Below, in pieces: positions 63,101 to 64,000 of a stretch of 64,000 nt of DNA. A program made the position numbers and the translations under genes. The notes under the pieces are model-generated. The model searched no databases. It saw nothing but the letters and a program-made list of their open reading frames with translations, and was not told the origin of the DNA. The DNA comes from Blasia pusilla. Its lineage: Eukaryota. Within the stretch, counting starts at the first letter, position 1; every line of letters starts with the position of its first letter. The stretch covers positions 1,488,001 to 1,552,000 of the forward strand of contig CM114271.1 in NCBI GenBank assembly GCA_050084515.1, given 5' to 3'.

Positions 63101-64000
63101 GGTTACCTTTGTATATTTGTGTATAGCTCATCTCCTAGTATCAATCGTCTTCCCCTATAGTAACAACCTTTGTCTATGAACACTCTTTCCATACTTAAGG
63201 CCAACCACACTTACATGTCAAAATCAAAACACATTGCACAATGGACATAGTGTCAATATCTCACACTTATCGCTACTCAATTTAAATGCTCTTTAAGGTA
63301 GTTAGTTGCTTGTATAACTCGGAATGCAACCCTGAAACATAGGTATGTAGGGTCTATATATCAAGCAACATACTAGCGCATTTCATGCACGCTTATTTAG
63401 GCACAATCTTCTAATTATACTATTGTAATCAAACACAAGAATAACTTTTAACAAAATGTTCAAAACAATCACTCCAAGAAATTGTCACTTCATGATTTTG
63501 ATATTGATGAAGCGCATCTTAGGCAACATATTTTTTCCCCCTAATTTATATCTATTATTATAGAGACATGCTCTCAACAACCAATATGCGGCCACTTTTC
63601 AGGGTTTTGAGTTTTAGAACAATCGGGACTAACACGGCAGGAGGGATAACCAAATTCTTTAACACGGCGAGAATGGATACTATTATGTATTAATGAGAGA
63701 ATTTATAGTAGCACAGATGTAAGCATCCGTGTTACTCTTATCCTATGGTAGAAAACGTGCAGAGTAACTTGCATTCTGCAAGCTCTGCACTTGGAGTCCA
63801 CTTCTTGTAGGGGTCGTAACAAACACCTCCCAAGTTAACTAGACCCCTTTGCCACTTAACTACTAAAAAAAGAAGGGTGTACCAATGGTACTCATAATTA
63901 CAACATCTACCGTTTCCACTTTGATTCCACTATCATTTCACCACTCACAATCTCTTGAGACACGAATTTCATAACAGACTTGTCATTCACATGCATAAGC

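Overview
Eukaryotic, intron-rich plant nuclear DNA, probably from a non-flowering land plant (inferred from the transposon content, not proven). Two intact host genes lie on the minus strand: a chloroplast Tab2/ATAB2-family RNA-binding protein (5 exons, 4932-8572) and 60S ribosomal protein L7a/eL8 (6 exons, 29383-31727). The rest is mostly degenerate mobile DNA. Two elements stand out. (1) A Ty3/Gypsy retrotransposon (43.5-52 kb, minus) has the domain order gag-protease-C5 cytosine DNA methyltransferase-RT-RNaseH-integrase-PHD finger, and a second decayed family fragment lies at about 55 kb. (2) A ~9.5 kb element (18.7-28.2 kb) carries a decayed spliced gene with a ParB-like DGNH motif plus beta-class amino-methyltransferase-like motifs, a divergent zinc-finger transposase-like fragment, and dozens of copies of a 29-bp palindrome (TGCAACCCGTCGGA-N-TCCGACGGGTTGCA) confined to introns and flanking DNA. 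Also present: a truncated ordinary Gypsy element, a PIF/Harbinger element (transposase + Myb/SANT), captured expansin and RCC1 gene fragments, a ~108-bp satellite, solo LTRs, a MITE and several fold-back hairpins. All protein assignments come from motifs read by eye; no database searches were run.
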